Notes: a model not told the origin generated them from the letters alone. A DNA stretch of 64,000 nucleotides from Escherichia coli (GCF_003334355.1 NZ_QOWP01000004.1), one strand, 5' to 3'. Positions 22,262 to 34,125 are shown, counted from the stretch's first letter. Translations and numbers: made by a program.

Positions 22262-24196
22262 ATGAATATATTCGATCACTATCGCCAGCGATATGAAGCT
22301 GCCAAGGACGAAGAGTTCACACTGCAGGAGTTTCTTACCACTTGTCGGCAAGATCGCAGTGCTTATGCCAACGCGGCTGAGCGGCTATTGATGGCTATCG
22401 GTGAGCCTGTCATGGTCGATACAGCCCAGGAACCCAGACTTTCTCGACTCTTTTCTAACCGGGTCATTGCACGTTATCCGGCGTTTGAAGAGTTTTACGG
22501 CATGGAAGACGCGATTGAACAGATTGTCTCTTATCTGAAACACGCGGCTCAGGGGCTGGAAGAGAAGAAACAAATCCTGTATCTGCTGGGGCCTGTGGGT
22601 GGGGGTAAATCATCGCTTGCTGAGCGACTGAAATCATTAATGCAGCTCGTACCGATTTATGTATTGAGCGCGAACGGTGAGCGTAGCCCGGTCAACGATC
22701 ATCCGTTCTGTCTTTTCAATCCGCAGGAAGATGCGCAGATTCTGGAAAAAGAGTATGGCATTCCTCGCCGTTATCTCGGCACCATCATGTCGCCGTGGGC
22801 GGCAAAACGCCTGCATGAATTTGGTGGCGATATCACTAAGTTCCGGGTAGTGAAGGTCTGGCCGTCAATTCTGCAACAAATTGCTATCGCCAAAACGGAA
22901 CCCGGCGATGAGAACAACCAGGACATCTCCGCGCTGGTTGGGAAAGTCGATATTCGTAAACTCGAACACTACGCGCAGAATGACCCGGACGCCTACGGCT
23001 ATTCCGGTGCGCTGTGCCGCGCCAATCAGGGGATCATGGAATTCGTTGAGATGTTTAAAGCACCGATTAAAGTGCTGCATCCCTTGTTAACCGCCACTCA
23101 GGAAGGTAACTACAACGGGACGGAAGGTATCTCCGCCCTGCCGTTCAACGGGATTATTCTCGCACACTCGAACGAGTCCGAATGGGTCACTTTCCGTAAT
23201 AACAAAAACAACGAAGCCTTCCTCGATCGTGTTTACATCGTGAAGGTGCCGTATTGCTTGCGCATTTCCGAAGAGATCAAAATCTACGAGAAATTGCTTA
23301 ATCACAGTGAATTGACTCACGCCCCATGCGCCCCTGGCACGCTCGAAACACTGTCACGTTTTTCCATTCTTTCGCGCCTGAAAGAGCCAGAAAACTCCAG
23401 CATTTATTCAAAGATGCGGGTTTATGATGGCGAAAGTCTGAAAGACACCGATCCCAAAGCCAAGTCGTATCAGGAATATCGTGACTACGCCGGTGTCGAT
23501 GAAGGGATGAACGGTCTGTCGACGCGTTTTGCGTTTAAGATCCTCTCCCGCGTGTTCAACTTCGATCATGTAGAAGTGGCAGCAAACCCGGTCCATCTGT
23601 TCTACGTCCTGGAACAGCAGATTGAGCGCGAGCAGTTCCCACAAGAGCAGGCAGAACGCTATCTGGAGTTCCTGAAAGGTTATCTGATCCCGAAATATGC
23701 CGAGTTTATCGGCAAAGAGATCCAGACGGCCTACCTTGAATCCTATTCCGAATATGGGCAAAACATTTTCGACCGTTATGTTACCTACGCGGATTTCTGG
23801 ATTCAGGATCAGGAGTATCGCGATCCGGATACCGGGCAGCTGTTTGACCGCGAGTCTCTTAACGCCGAGCTGGAGAAAATCGAGAAACCGGCGGGGATCA
23901 GTAATCCAAAAGATTTCCGCAACGAGATTGTTAACTTCGTACTGCGCGCCAGAGCGAATAACAGCGGACGCAATCCGAACTGGACCAGCTATGAAAAACT
24001 GCGCACGGTCATCGAGAAGAAAATGTTCTCCAATACCGAGGAGCTGTTGCCGGTTATCTCGTTTAACGCCAAAACGTCAACCGACGAGCAGAAGAAACAC
24101 GACGACTTTGTCGACCGTATGATGGAAAAAGGCTACACCCGTAAACAGGTGCGTTTACTGTGCGAATGGTATTTGCGCGTACGTAAATCGTCTTAA
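22262..24196 (+). CDS. yeaG: PrkA-family serine protein kinase YeaG
   Basis: 644 aa; Walker A GPVGGGKSS. Confidence 0.93.
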   Translation: MNIFDHYRQRYEAAKDEEFTLQEFLTTCRQDRSAYANAAERLLMAIGEPVMVDTAQEPRLSRLFSNRVIARYPAFEEFYGMEDAIEQIVSYLKHAAQGLEEKKQILYLLGPVGGGKSSLAERLKSLMQLVPIYVLSANGERSPVNDHPFCLFNPQEDAQILEKEYGIPRRYLGTIMSPWAAKRLHEFGGDITKFRVVKVWPSILQQIAIAKTEPGDENNQDISALVGKVDIRKLEHYAQNDPDAYGYSGALCRANQGIMEFVEMFKAPIKVLHPLLTATQEGNYNGTEGISALPFNGIILAHSNESEWVTFRNNKNNEAFLDRVYIVKVPYCLRISEEIKIYEKLLNHSELTHAPCAPGTLETLSRFSILSRLKEPENSSIYSKMRVYDGESLKDTDPKAKSYQEYRDYAGVDEGMNGLSTRFAFKILSRVFNFDHVEVAANPVHLFYVLEQQIEREQFPQEQAERYLEFLKGYLIPKYAEFIGKEIQTAYLESYSEYGQNIFDRYVTYADFWIQDQEYRDPDTGQLFDRESLNAELEKIEKPAGISNPKDFRNEIVNFVLRARANNSGRNPNWTSYEKLRTVIEKKMFSNTEELLPVISFNAKTSTDEQKKHDDFVDRMMEKGYTRKQVRLLCEWYLRVRKSS

Positions 24197-24296
24197 CAAC
24201 CCTGGCCCGGTACACATGTTACCGGGCCTACAACGACAGCGAACCGTGGGCCTGAGAAGCGGCAACACAGGCGTAGCATACAGTTGGCAAATGTAG

Positions 24297-25592
<1,296 letters not shown>

Positions 25593-25738
25593 AACTATCA
25601 GCCAGGTCATTATCGCCTGGCTGATTTTTAGCTTACTGTAAATTATCTCATTTATTACATACATTAGCTTACAATCGCTTTAAATATGACAGCATAACCT
25701 TTACATAATTTAGTTCCAGAAAACAATCATTCGGAAAA

Positions 25739-27214
25739 ATGATTCAGTCAACACGTATTTCCATGGGGTTATTCTTTAAATATTTTTTATCGTTAACGAA
25801 AATTGATCTTGGTCAAAACTATATATCTCTGCCATCAATAAAATCCAGCACTCACATTGCTCTCCTTTTTATGGTTTCTATGGGTACACAAAAATTAAAA
25901 GCTCAAAGCTTTTTTATTTTCAGTTTATTGCTGACGTTAATTTTATTTTGCATTACTACCTTATATAACGAAAACACAAATGTAAAACTCATCCCACAGA
26001 TGAATTACCTGATGGTTGTTGTGGCTTTGTTTTTCCTTAACGCCGTCATTTTTCTTTTCATGTTAATGAAATATTTCACTAACAAACAAATTTTACCAAC
26101 ACTCATTTTAAGCCTTGCATTTTTAAGTGGCCTTATCTATTTAGTTGAAACCATTGTAATTATCCATAAACCAATTAACGGCAGTACACTGATCCAGACA
26201 AAGTCGAATGATGTTTCTATTTTCTATATTTTCCGCCAACTCAGTTTTATTTGTTTAACCTCGCTGGCACTCTTTTGTTATGGAAAAGACAACATCCTTG
26301 ACAACAATAAGAAAAAAACGGGAATCCTGTTGCTGGCGCTGATTCCTTTTTTAGTTTTTCCCCTTCTGGCACACAATCTGAGCAGTTATAACGCTGACTA
26401 TTCTTTGTATGTCGTCGACTACTGTCCTGACAACCATACTGCGACCTGGGGAATCAACTATACAAAAATATTGGTTTGTCTGTGGGCATTTTTACTGTTC
26501 TTTATTATCATGCGTACACGATTAGCCAGCGAACTATGGCCATTAATAGCATTATTATGTCTGGCATCGCTATGCTGCAACTTACTTCTACTGACTCTGG
26601 ATGAGTATAATTACACCATCTGGTACATCAGTCGCGGGATTGAAGTCTCCAGTAAACTGTTTGTTGTGTCTTTTCTGATTTATAACATTTTTCAGGAACT
26701 GCAACTCTCCAGCAAACTGGCAGTTCATGATGTGCTGACCAATATTTATAATCGGCGCTACTTTTTCAACAGCGTAGAGTCATTATTGTCGCGACCTGTT
26801 GTTAAGGACTTCTGTGTCATGCTGGTTGATATTAATCAGTTCAAACGCATCAATGCCCAATGGGGACATCGTGTGGGTGATAAAGTGCTGGTTTCAATTG
26901 TCGATATTATCCAGCAAAGCATCCGCCCCGATGATATTTTAGCGCGACTGGAGGGTGAGGTGTTTGGCTTGCTATTTACCGAACTCAATAGTGCCCAGGC
27001 AAAAATCATTGCGGAACGTATGCGTAAAAATGTCGAACTCCTGACCGGCTTTAGTAACAGATATGATGTTCCTGAACAAATGACCATCAGTATTGGCACG
27101 GTTTTTTCAACGGGTGACACGCGTAATATCTCGCTTGTCATGACGGAAGCAGATAAAGCCTTACGCGAAGCGAAAAGCGAGGGGGGCAACAAAGTGATTA
27201 TTCATCATATTTAA
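25739..27214 (+). CDS. dgcI: GGDEF-domain membrane protein with degenerate active-site motif (EGEVF)
   Basis: 491 aa; N-terminal multi-TM domain; C-terminal GGDEF fold with DVLTNIYNRRYF but RLEGEVFGLLF in place of GGDEF. Confidence 0.9.
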   Translation: MIQSTRISMGLFFKYFLSLTKIDLGQNYISLPSIKSSTHIALLFMVSMGTQKLKAQSFFIFSLLLTLILFCITTLYNENTNVKLIPQMNYLMVVVALFFLNAVIFLFMLMKYFTNKQILPTLILSLAFLSGLIYLVETIVIIHKPINGSTLIQTKSNDVSIFYIFRQLSFICLTSLALFCYGKDNILDNNKKKTGILLLALIPFLVFPLLAHNLSSYNADYSLYVVDYCPDNHTATWGINYTKILVCLWAFLLFFIIMRTRLASELWPLIALLCLASLCCNLLLLTLDEYNYTIWYISRGIEVSSKLFVVSFLIYNIFQELQLSSKLAVHDVLTNIYNRRYFFNSVESLLSRPVVKDFCVMLVDINQFKRINAQWGHRVGDKVLVSIVDIIQQSIRPDDILARLEGEVFGLLFTELNSAQAKIIAERMRKNVELLTGFSNRYDVPEQMTISIGTVFSTGDTRNISLVMTEADKALREAKSEGGNKVIIHHI

Positions 27215-27394
27215 GTGCAAAAATATTCAGAGCCATGCTTTTTGCGTGGCTTTTGCATACAATTTATTACTATTACCCCTAAATTTCCCCTCCCCAGCGG
27301 CGCAGAGATGAGTATAATTAGCGCCCCTGTGCCAGGCCGCAATCGAACTTTATCTGGTTTTCTCGTTTCACTAACCGAAGGAGTGCCATTTATC

Positions 27395-28885
27395 ATGAAA
27401 TTGCACCATAGAATGCTCCGGCATTTTATCGCCGCAAGTGTCATTGTGCTGACATCTTCCTTCCTTATTTTTGAACTTGTCGCCAGCGACAGAGCAATGA
27501 GTGCCTATCTGCGCTATATCGTGCAGAAAGCAGACTCCTCCTTTCTTTATGATAAGTATCAGAATCAGAGTATTGCCGCGCATGTGATGCGCGCTCTCGC
27601 TGCTGAGCAGTCGGAAGTGTCGCCAGAACAGCGGCGCGCCATCTGCGAGGCTTTTGAGTCTGCCAATAATACCCATGGCTTAAACCTGACTGCCCATAAA
27701 TAACCGGGCTTACGCGGCACACTACAAACCGCATCCACTGACTGCGACACAATTGTGGAAGCTGCAGCACTATTACCCGCTTTTGATCAGGCAGTGGAAG
27801 GCAACCGCCACCAGGATGATTACGGTTCAGGTCTTGGGATGGCCGAAGAGAAATTTCACTATTATCTCGATCTCAATGACCGCTATGTCTATTTTTATGA
27901 GCCGGTTAATGTTGAATACTTTGCGATGAATAACTGGTCCTTCCTGCAGTCAGGAAGTATTGGCATCGATCGCAAAGATATTGAAAAGGTATTTACCGGG
28001 CGTACCGTATTGTCGAGCATTTACCAGGATCAGCGTACTAAACAGAACGTGATGAGTTTGCTGACGCCGGTATATGTCGCAGGGCAGCTAAAAGGGATTG
28101 TGCTGCTGGATATTAACAAAAACAATTTGCGGAATATCTTTTACACTCATGACCGCCCTCTCCTCTGGCGTTTTCTCAATGTCACGCTAACCGATACCGA
28201 TTCGGGGCGCGACATTATCATCAACCAGAGCGAAGATAATCTGTTCCAGTATGTCAGTTACGTCCATGACTTACCGGGCGGCATTCGTGTCTCGTTATCC
28301 ATTGATATTCTTTACTTTATCACGTCTTCGTGGAAAAGCGTTCTGTTCTGGATTTTGACGGCGTTAATTTTGCTGAATATGGTGCGGATGCACTTCCGTT
28401 TATACCAAAATGTGTCGCGAGAAAATATTAGTGATGCGATGACTGGACTGTATAATCGCAAAATTTTAACCCCTGAACTGGAGCAGCGGTTGCAGAAACT
28501 GGTGCAAGCCGGTTCTTCGGTGATGTTTATTGCAATTGACATGGACAAGTTAAAGCAAATAAATGACACCCTCGGTCATCAGGAGGGGGATTTAGCGATT
28601 ACGTTATTAGCTCAGGCGATTAAACAATCGATTCGTAAAAGTGATTATGCCATCCGACTCGGTGGCGATGAATTCTGCATCATTCTTGTCGATTCGACGC
28701 CGCAAATTGCAGCACAACTGCCTGAACGTATCGAAAAACGTCTGCAACATATCGCGCCGCAGAAAGAGATTGGCTTCTCTTCCGGTATTTACGCGATGAA
28801 AGAAAACGATACGTTACATGATGCGTATAAAGCTTCCGATGAGCGTTTATATGTCAATAAGCAGAACAAAAACAGCCGTTCATGA
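27395..28885 (+). pseudogene. dgcJ: Diguanylate cyclase yeaJ/dgcJ interrupted by an in-frame TAA at 27701..27703
   Basis: ORFs 27215..27703 and 27755..28885 share one frame separated only by the TAA; ATG 27395 (RBS aaggag) to 28885 is 497 codons, matching the 496 aa K-12 protein with one stop; intact GGDEF (RLGGDEF) lies downstream. Confidence 0.8.
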
Positions 28886-28927
28886 TAACCTTCTGTGGTT
28901 GTTTGCTTGTAATCTCAGGAGCGTGAA

Positions 28928-29431
28928 ATGACTGAAATGGCTAAAGGAAGCGTGACGCATCAGCGGTTAATCGCTTTATTATCACAAGAAGGTGCTAACT
29001 TCCGCGTCGTTACCCATGAAGCGGTAGGTAAATGTGAAGCGGTGTCAGAAATTCGTGGCACCGCTTTAGGCCAGGGAGCTAAGGCACTGGTATGTAAAGT
29101 CAAAGGCAATGGCGTAAATCAACATGTTCTGGCGATCCTCGCAGCCGATCAACAGGCCGATCTGAGCCAACTCGCCAGCCATATAGGCGGATTACGCGCT
29201 TCGTTGGCCAGCCCGGCGGAAGTCGATGAACTCACAGGCTGTGTCTTCGGCGCGATCCCCCCTTTCAGCTTCCATCCAAAACTCAAACTGGTTGCCGACC
29301 CTCTACTCTTCGAACGATTTGATGAAATCGCCTTCAATGCAGGTATGCTGGATAAATCCGTTATTTTGAAAACCGCGGATTATTTGCGCATTGCGCAACC
29401 AGAACTGGTCAATTTCCGCCGCACTGCGTAA
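28928..29431 (+). CDS. yeaK: YbaK/ProX-family aminoacyl-tRNA deacylase-like protein YeaK
   Basis: 167 aa ORF matching YeaK. Confidence 0.9.
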   Translation: MTEMAKGSVTHQRLIALLSQEGANFRVVTHEAVGKCEAVSEIRGTALGQGAKALVCKVKGNGVNQHVLAILAADQQADLSQLASHIGGLRASLASPAEVDELTGCVFGAIPPFSFHPKLKLVADPLLFERFDEIAFNAGMLDKSVILKTADYLRIAQPELVNFRRTA

Positions 29432-29536
29432 CTAGCCTGTCCGTTCAATAAGCAGAACGGACAAAACCAGCACAACAGCAATGGCAAAAAACGATGACGT
29501 GATAATCAGTGTCTCGACGAACATTTGATCGTTCAT
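29432..29536 (-). CDS. yoaI: Small membrane protein YoaI (34 aa)
   Basis: Minus-strand ATG at 29536; translation [34 protein letters not shown]; below the ORF-track size cutoff. Confidence 0.7.
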   Translation of the reverse strand: MNDQMFVETLIITSSFFAIAVVLVLSVLLIERTG

Positions 29537-29705
29537 AGCATGCCCCCGGGAGATAGCTGTTTTCACGTTATTGTTAGCGTGCACAAATGGCAGTTTGATG
29601 ACAGTTCGCCTGATTTTTTATGCAAAAAACGTAAAGATTTTCTACTTCCTTCCTGCAGCAAGCGTAAAGTAAGCAGGCTTATTATTTTTTGGCAAGGAAA
29701 CCACG

Positions 29706-30152
29706 ATGTTTGATGTCACTTTGCTGATCCTGCTCGGGTTAGCTGCGCTGGGCTTTATCAGTCATAACACCACTGTCGCCGTTTCAATTCTGGTGTTGAT
29801 CATTGTCCGCGTCACACCGTTAAGCACCTTTTTCCCGTGGATTGAAAAACAGGGGCTAAGTATCGGGATAATCATTCTGACGATTGGCGTTATGGCCCCC
29901 ATCGCCAGCGGGACGCTACCGCCCTCAACCTTGATTCACTCGTTTCTGAACTGGAAATCGCTGGTGGCAATTGCAGTAGGCGTTATTGTCTCCTGGCTGG
30001 GTGGGCGCGGCGTGACGTTAATGGGCAGCCAGCCGCAACTGGTTGCTGGGCTGCTGGTGGGCACTGTTTTAGGCGTAGCGCTGTTTCGCGGCGTACCGGT
30101 TGGCCCGCTTATTGCCGCGGGTCTGGTTTCGCTGATTGTGGGGAAACAGTAG
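29706..30152 (+). CDS. yeaL: UPF0756 inner-membrane protein YeaL
   Basis: 148 aa hydrophobic ORF. Confidence 0.9.
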
Positions 30153-30930
30153 TTAATCCCGCAATATATCGGCCTGGCGTTTGCCCCAGGCCTTTCTTAA
30201 ACATAGTAATAAAGGCCGTTGTTGAATCATACCCCAGCGTATGAGCAACTTTCTGTACAGTATCGCCTTTCACTAATCCCTGAAGCGCCATAATCAGCTG
30301 TAACTGCTGTCGCCACTGGCGAAAACTCAACCCCGTCTCTTTTACTATCAGTCGGGCAAGATTGCGTTCACTCATCGCAAAAAAGCCAGCCCATTGCCCC
30401 AATGACCCCCACTCGACGGGCTCTTTCGCCATCATCTCCACCATCGCGCGGATTTTAGGATGAGAAGAAACGGGTAGGTGCAGCTGTTGTTGTGGCTGCT
30501 GAGGGAGTTCATCAAACAGGACATGAATTAATCTGCGGGTCATCGGCTCAGCACGCTGAGTCGTCGTCCTGTTTGCCAGAGTTAAAATTAATTCCCGGCA
30601 TAAGGGCGATATTTTCAATGTGCAACAGGTTGTCGGCATTGTCACTGCGCTGGGTTCGATAAACAGAAAACAGAGTTCAGCGTTAGCTGTCACTTGATTG
30701 CTATGTTCCACCCCGCCCGGTATCCAAACCGCATATTGTGGCGGCACCATCCACAAAGCATTTTCCACCGTACAGGTAATTGCACCATGTAATGCCAGTA
30801 TCAGCTGTCCTTTGCGGTGCTGATGTACAGGACTGGTTAACTCATCCGTTCCGGCGTGAATACAAAATGCGACCGCGGCTTCATGGTGTCGGTCGGGTTC
30901 ATAGCCATTGAGATTCAACCTGTGCATCAT
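30109..30930 (-). CDS. yeaM: AraC-family transcriptional regulator YeaM (NimR)
   Basis: 273 aa; cupin-like N-terminus and C-terminal AraC helix-turn-helix; divergent from yeaN. Confidence 0.9.
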
Positions 30931-31026
30931 TTTGTCCGAATTTAGCGATAATTTGTCATTTTAGCTTGATTCAACATAACTATAAAAACGGTAAGGTACA
31001 GCCTCGTTTGTAACAATGAGAAGCAT

Positions 31027-32208
31027 ATGACCTGTTCAACTTCATTAAGCGGCAAAAACAGGATTGTCCTTATCGCTGGCATTCTGATGATTGCCACAAC
31101 ATTACGCGTCACCTTTACCGGCGCAGCACCGTTACTGGATACGATTCGTTCCGCTTACTCGCTGACGACAGCGCAAACCGGCTTATTGACCACCCTGCCA
31201 TTATTGGCCTTTGCGCTAATCTCACCTTTGGCCGCCCCGGTAGCGCGACGTTTTGGTATGGAACGTAGCCTGTTTGCCGCGTTACTTTTGATCTGTGCTG
31301 GTATCGCAATTCGCTCTCTCCCTTCGCCTTACTTATTATTTGGCGGTACAGCGGTCATTGGCGGTGGGATTGCATTAGGCAATGTCTTACTGCCAGGATT
31401 AATTAAACGCGATTTCCCTCATTCCGTCGCCAGACTTACCGGCGCATATTCCCTGACAATGGGAGCTGCGGCGGCACTTGGATCGGCTATGGTCGTGCCG
31501 CTGGCTTTGAACGGTTTTGGCTGGCAAGGCGCGTTGCTCATGCTGATGTGTTTTCCTCTGCTGGCTCTTTTTTTATGGCTGCCACAGTGGCGAAGCCAAC
31601 AACATGCAAATTTGAGTACCTCGCGCGCCTTACATACTCGGGGTATCTGGCGTTCGCCGCTTGCCTGGCAGGTCACATTGTTTCTTGGGATCAACTCACT
31701 GGTCTATTACGTGATTATTGGCTGGCTTCCGGCGATCCTCATCAGTCACGGCTATAGCGAAGCACAGGCGGGTTCACTGCATGGTTTGCTGCAACTAGCC
31801 ACAGCAGCTCCCGGTTTGCTGATCCCTCTTTTCTTACATCATGTGAAAGATCAGCGTGGTATTGCAGCGTTCGTTGCCTTGATGTGCGCAGTGGGCGCTG
31901 TTGGGCTCTGCTTTATGCCAGCGCACGCGATCACCTGGACTCTGCTTTTCGGCTTTGGTTCCGGCGCAACAATGATACTGGGGTTGACGTTCATTGGTCT
32001 TCGGGCAAGTTCTGCGCATCAGGCGGCGGCACTCTCGGGGATGGCACAATCCGTCGGGTATTTGTTGGCAGCCTGTGGGCCGCCGCTGATGGGTAAAATA
32101 CACGATGCTAACGGTAACTGGTCTGTACCACTTATGGGTGTTGCCATACTTTCACTACTGATGGCGATTTTCGGACTTTGCGCCGGGAGAGACAAAGAAA
32201 TTCGCTAA
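31027..32208 (+). CDS. yeaN: MFS transporter YeaN (NimT)
   Basis: 393 aa ORF with 12-TM MFS architecture. Confidence 0.9.
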   Translation: MTCSTSLSGKNRIVLIAGILMIATTLRVTFTGAAPLLDTIRSAYSLTTAQTGLLTTLPLLAFALISPLAAPVARRFGMERSLFAALLLICAGIAIRSLPSPYLLFGGTAVIGGGIALGNVLLPGLIKRDFPHSVARLTGAYSLTMGAAAALGSAMVVPLALNGFGWQGALLMLMCFPLLALFLWLPQWRSQQHANLSTSRALHTRGIWRSPLAWQVTLFLGINSLVYYVIIGWLPAILISHGYSEAQAGSLHGLLQLATAAPGLLIPLFLHHVKDQRGIAAFVALMCAVGAVGLCFMPAHAITWTLLFGFGSGATMILGLTFIGLRASSAHQAAALSGMAQSVGYLLAACGPPLMGKIHDANGNWSVPLMGVAILSLLMAIFGLCAGRDKEIR

Positions 32209-32262
32209 TATCCGGTGCTATAGTGACGTAACAAATCATGCGTGAAAGGGAGAACAAACACG

Positions 32263-32610
32263 ATGAATATTCAGTGCAAACGCGTTTATGATCCGGCTGA
32301 ACAGAGCGATGGTTATCGCATACTGGTCGACCGCCTCTGGCCGCGCGGTATCAAAAAAACCGATTTAGCCCTTGATGAGTGGGATAAAGAAATCACGCCG
32401 TCAACGGAACTGCGCAAAGCCTTTCACGGCGAAGTCGTCGATTTTGCAACCTTTCGCGAGCAATATCTTGCAGAACTGGCGCAACACGAGCAAGAAGGAA
32501 AGCGGCTGGCGGACATCGCCAAAAAACAGCCGCTGACCCTGCTCTACTCAGCAAAAAACACCACGCAGAACCATGCGCTGGTGCTGGCCGACTGGCTACG
32601 TAGCTTGTGA
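32263..32610 (+). CDS. yeaO: DUF488-family protein YeaO
   Basis: ORF 32242..32610; ATG 32263 with upstream aggga gives 115 aa MNIQCKRVYDPAEQSDG. Confidence 0.88.
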   Translation: MNIQCKRVYDPAEQSDGYRILVDRLWPRGIKKTDLALDEWDKEITPSTELRKAFHGEVVDFATFREQYLAELAQHEQEGKRLADIAKKQPLTLLYSAKNTTQNHALVLADWLRSL

Positions 32611-32631
32611 TTTTAGTACAGCATCCGGCGG

Positions 32632-32886
32632 TTATTTTTCACCAGCCGGATGGTCACGCCGCCACAATGCCCATTCATCAATCGTTTCACCGCCCGGTAA
32701 TTTGCAATTGTTGCTGACCCCTTGCGCTGTCTGCACTGGAATGAGCGTCCCGCCCTTCTGCTGGCAATAGACCGACGCCGGATTTGCCATACCAATCTGC
32801 GGCGGTTTAGGTGCTTCTGGCTGAGAAGGGGTTGAACAACCAGCCAGGACCAGCAAGCAAGGCAGAACAAAACTGATAATTTTCAT
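32632..32886 (-). CDS. yoaF: DUF333 lipoprotein YoaF
   Basis: 84 aa; lipoprotein signal with lipobox LAGCS. Confidence 0.88.
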   Translation of the reverse strand: MKIISFVLPCLLVLAGCSTPSQPEAPKPPQIGMANPASVYCQQKGGTLIPVQTAQGVSNNCKLPGGETIDEWALWRRDHPAGEK

Positions 32887-33068
32887 TTATTGATCTCACA
32901 TATTTATCCAAGATTAGAGTATCGCGGTATCGTTTTGTTTTGCAGCACTATTTTTATTACATTCACTCAAAACATATTACGTCTTGTTTCATCTTTGTTG
33001 ATGATGTTTTATCATGCCTGCAAAGATTAAATAATCAGCATTTACCCGCCGTATCCTGGAGTTGTTCC

Positions 33069-34093
33069 GTGTCAGATCAGATTATCGCCCGCGTCTCGCA
33101 ATCCCTTGCCAAAGAACAGTCACTGGAAAGTCTGGTCCGACAGCTTCTGGAGATGCTGGAAATGGTCACTGATATGGAATCAACCTACCTGACCAAAGTG
33201 GATGTCGAAGCGCGCCTGCAGCATATTATGTTTGCCCGTAACAGCCAGAAAATGCACATCCCGGAGAATTTTACCGTCTCGTGGGATTACTCGTTATGCA
33301 AACGCGCCATTGATGAAAACTGCTTTTTCAGCGATGAAGTCCCCGACCGTTGGGGTGACTGTATTGCGGCACGCAATCTTGGCATCACCACATTTCTGAG
33401 CACGCCAATTCACTTACCGGATGGATCATTCTATGGCACGCTTTGCGCCGCCAGCAGTGAGAAGCGCCAGTGGAGTGAACGCGCGGAACAGGTTTTACAG
33501 TTATTCGCCGGACTGATTGCACAATATATTCAAAAAGAGGCACTGGTTGAACAGCTGCGCGAAGCCAATGCTGCGCTGATTGCGCAATCGTATACCGACT
33601 CGTTAACCGGCTACCGAATCGGCGGGCGATTTTTGAAAATCTGACGACACTGTTTTCCCTCGCCCGGCATCTTAACCATAAGATAATGATCGCGTTTATC
33701 GATCTGGATAACTTCAAATTAATCAATGATCGTTTTGGTCATAATAGTGGCGATCTGTTTCTCATTCAGGTTGGCGAGCGCCTTAATACGCTCCAGCAAA
33801 ATGGCGAAGTTATTGGTCGTCTCGGCGGTGATGAGTTTTTAGTTGTTTCACTAAACAACGAGAATGCGGATATTTCGTCGCTGCGAGAACGCATTCAGCA
33901 GCAAATACGTGGAGAATATCACTTAGGTGATGTTGATTTGTATTATCCCGGTGCCAGTCTTGGCATAGTAGAAGTCGATCCTGAAACAACCGATGCAGAC
34001 AGTGCCCTGCATGCTGCCGATATTGCGATGTATCAGGAGAAAAAACACAAACAGAAAACACCTTTTGTCGCGCATCCAGCGCTACATTCCTGA
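33069..34093 (+). pseudogene. dgcP: GAF-GGDEF diguanylate cyclase yeaP/dgcP disrupted by a 1-nt deletion (-1 frameshift) near 33611..33613
   Basis: ORF 32940..33644 (GAF part, GTG start 33069) and ORF 33686..34093 (GGDEF part with RLGGDEF) are in different frames; adding one nt to ggctaccg (giving ggcTTAccg) restores SLTGLPNRRAIFENL and a 341 aa product. Confidence 0.8.
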
Positions 34094-34125
34094 GGCGTAT
34101 TCACATCCTTTTGATTGGTGATAAC

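Noticed and set aside
22038-22265. 75 aa ORF upstream of yeaG
   Set aside because: Sits in the yeaG promoter/leader with no RBS and no conserved features.
32613-32870. 85 aa minus-strand ORF overlapping yoaF in another frame
   Set aside because: The alternative frame (32632..32886) has a lipoprotein signal peptide with lipobox and matches YoaF; this one is a frame shadow.
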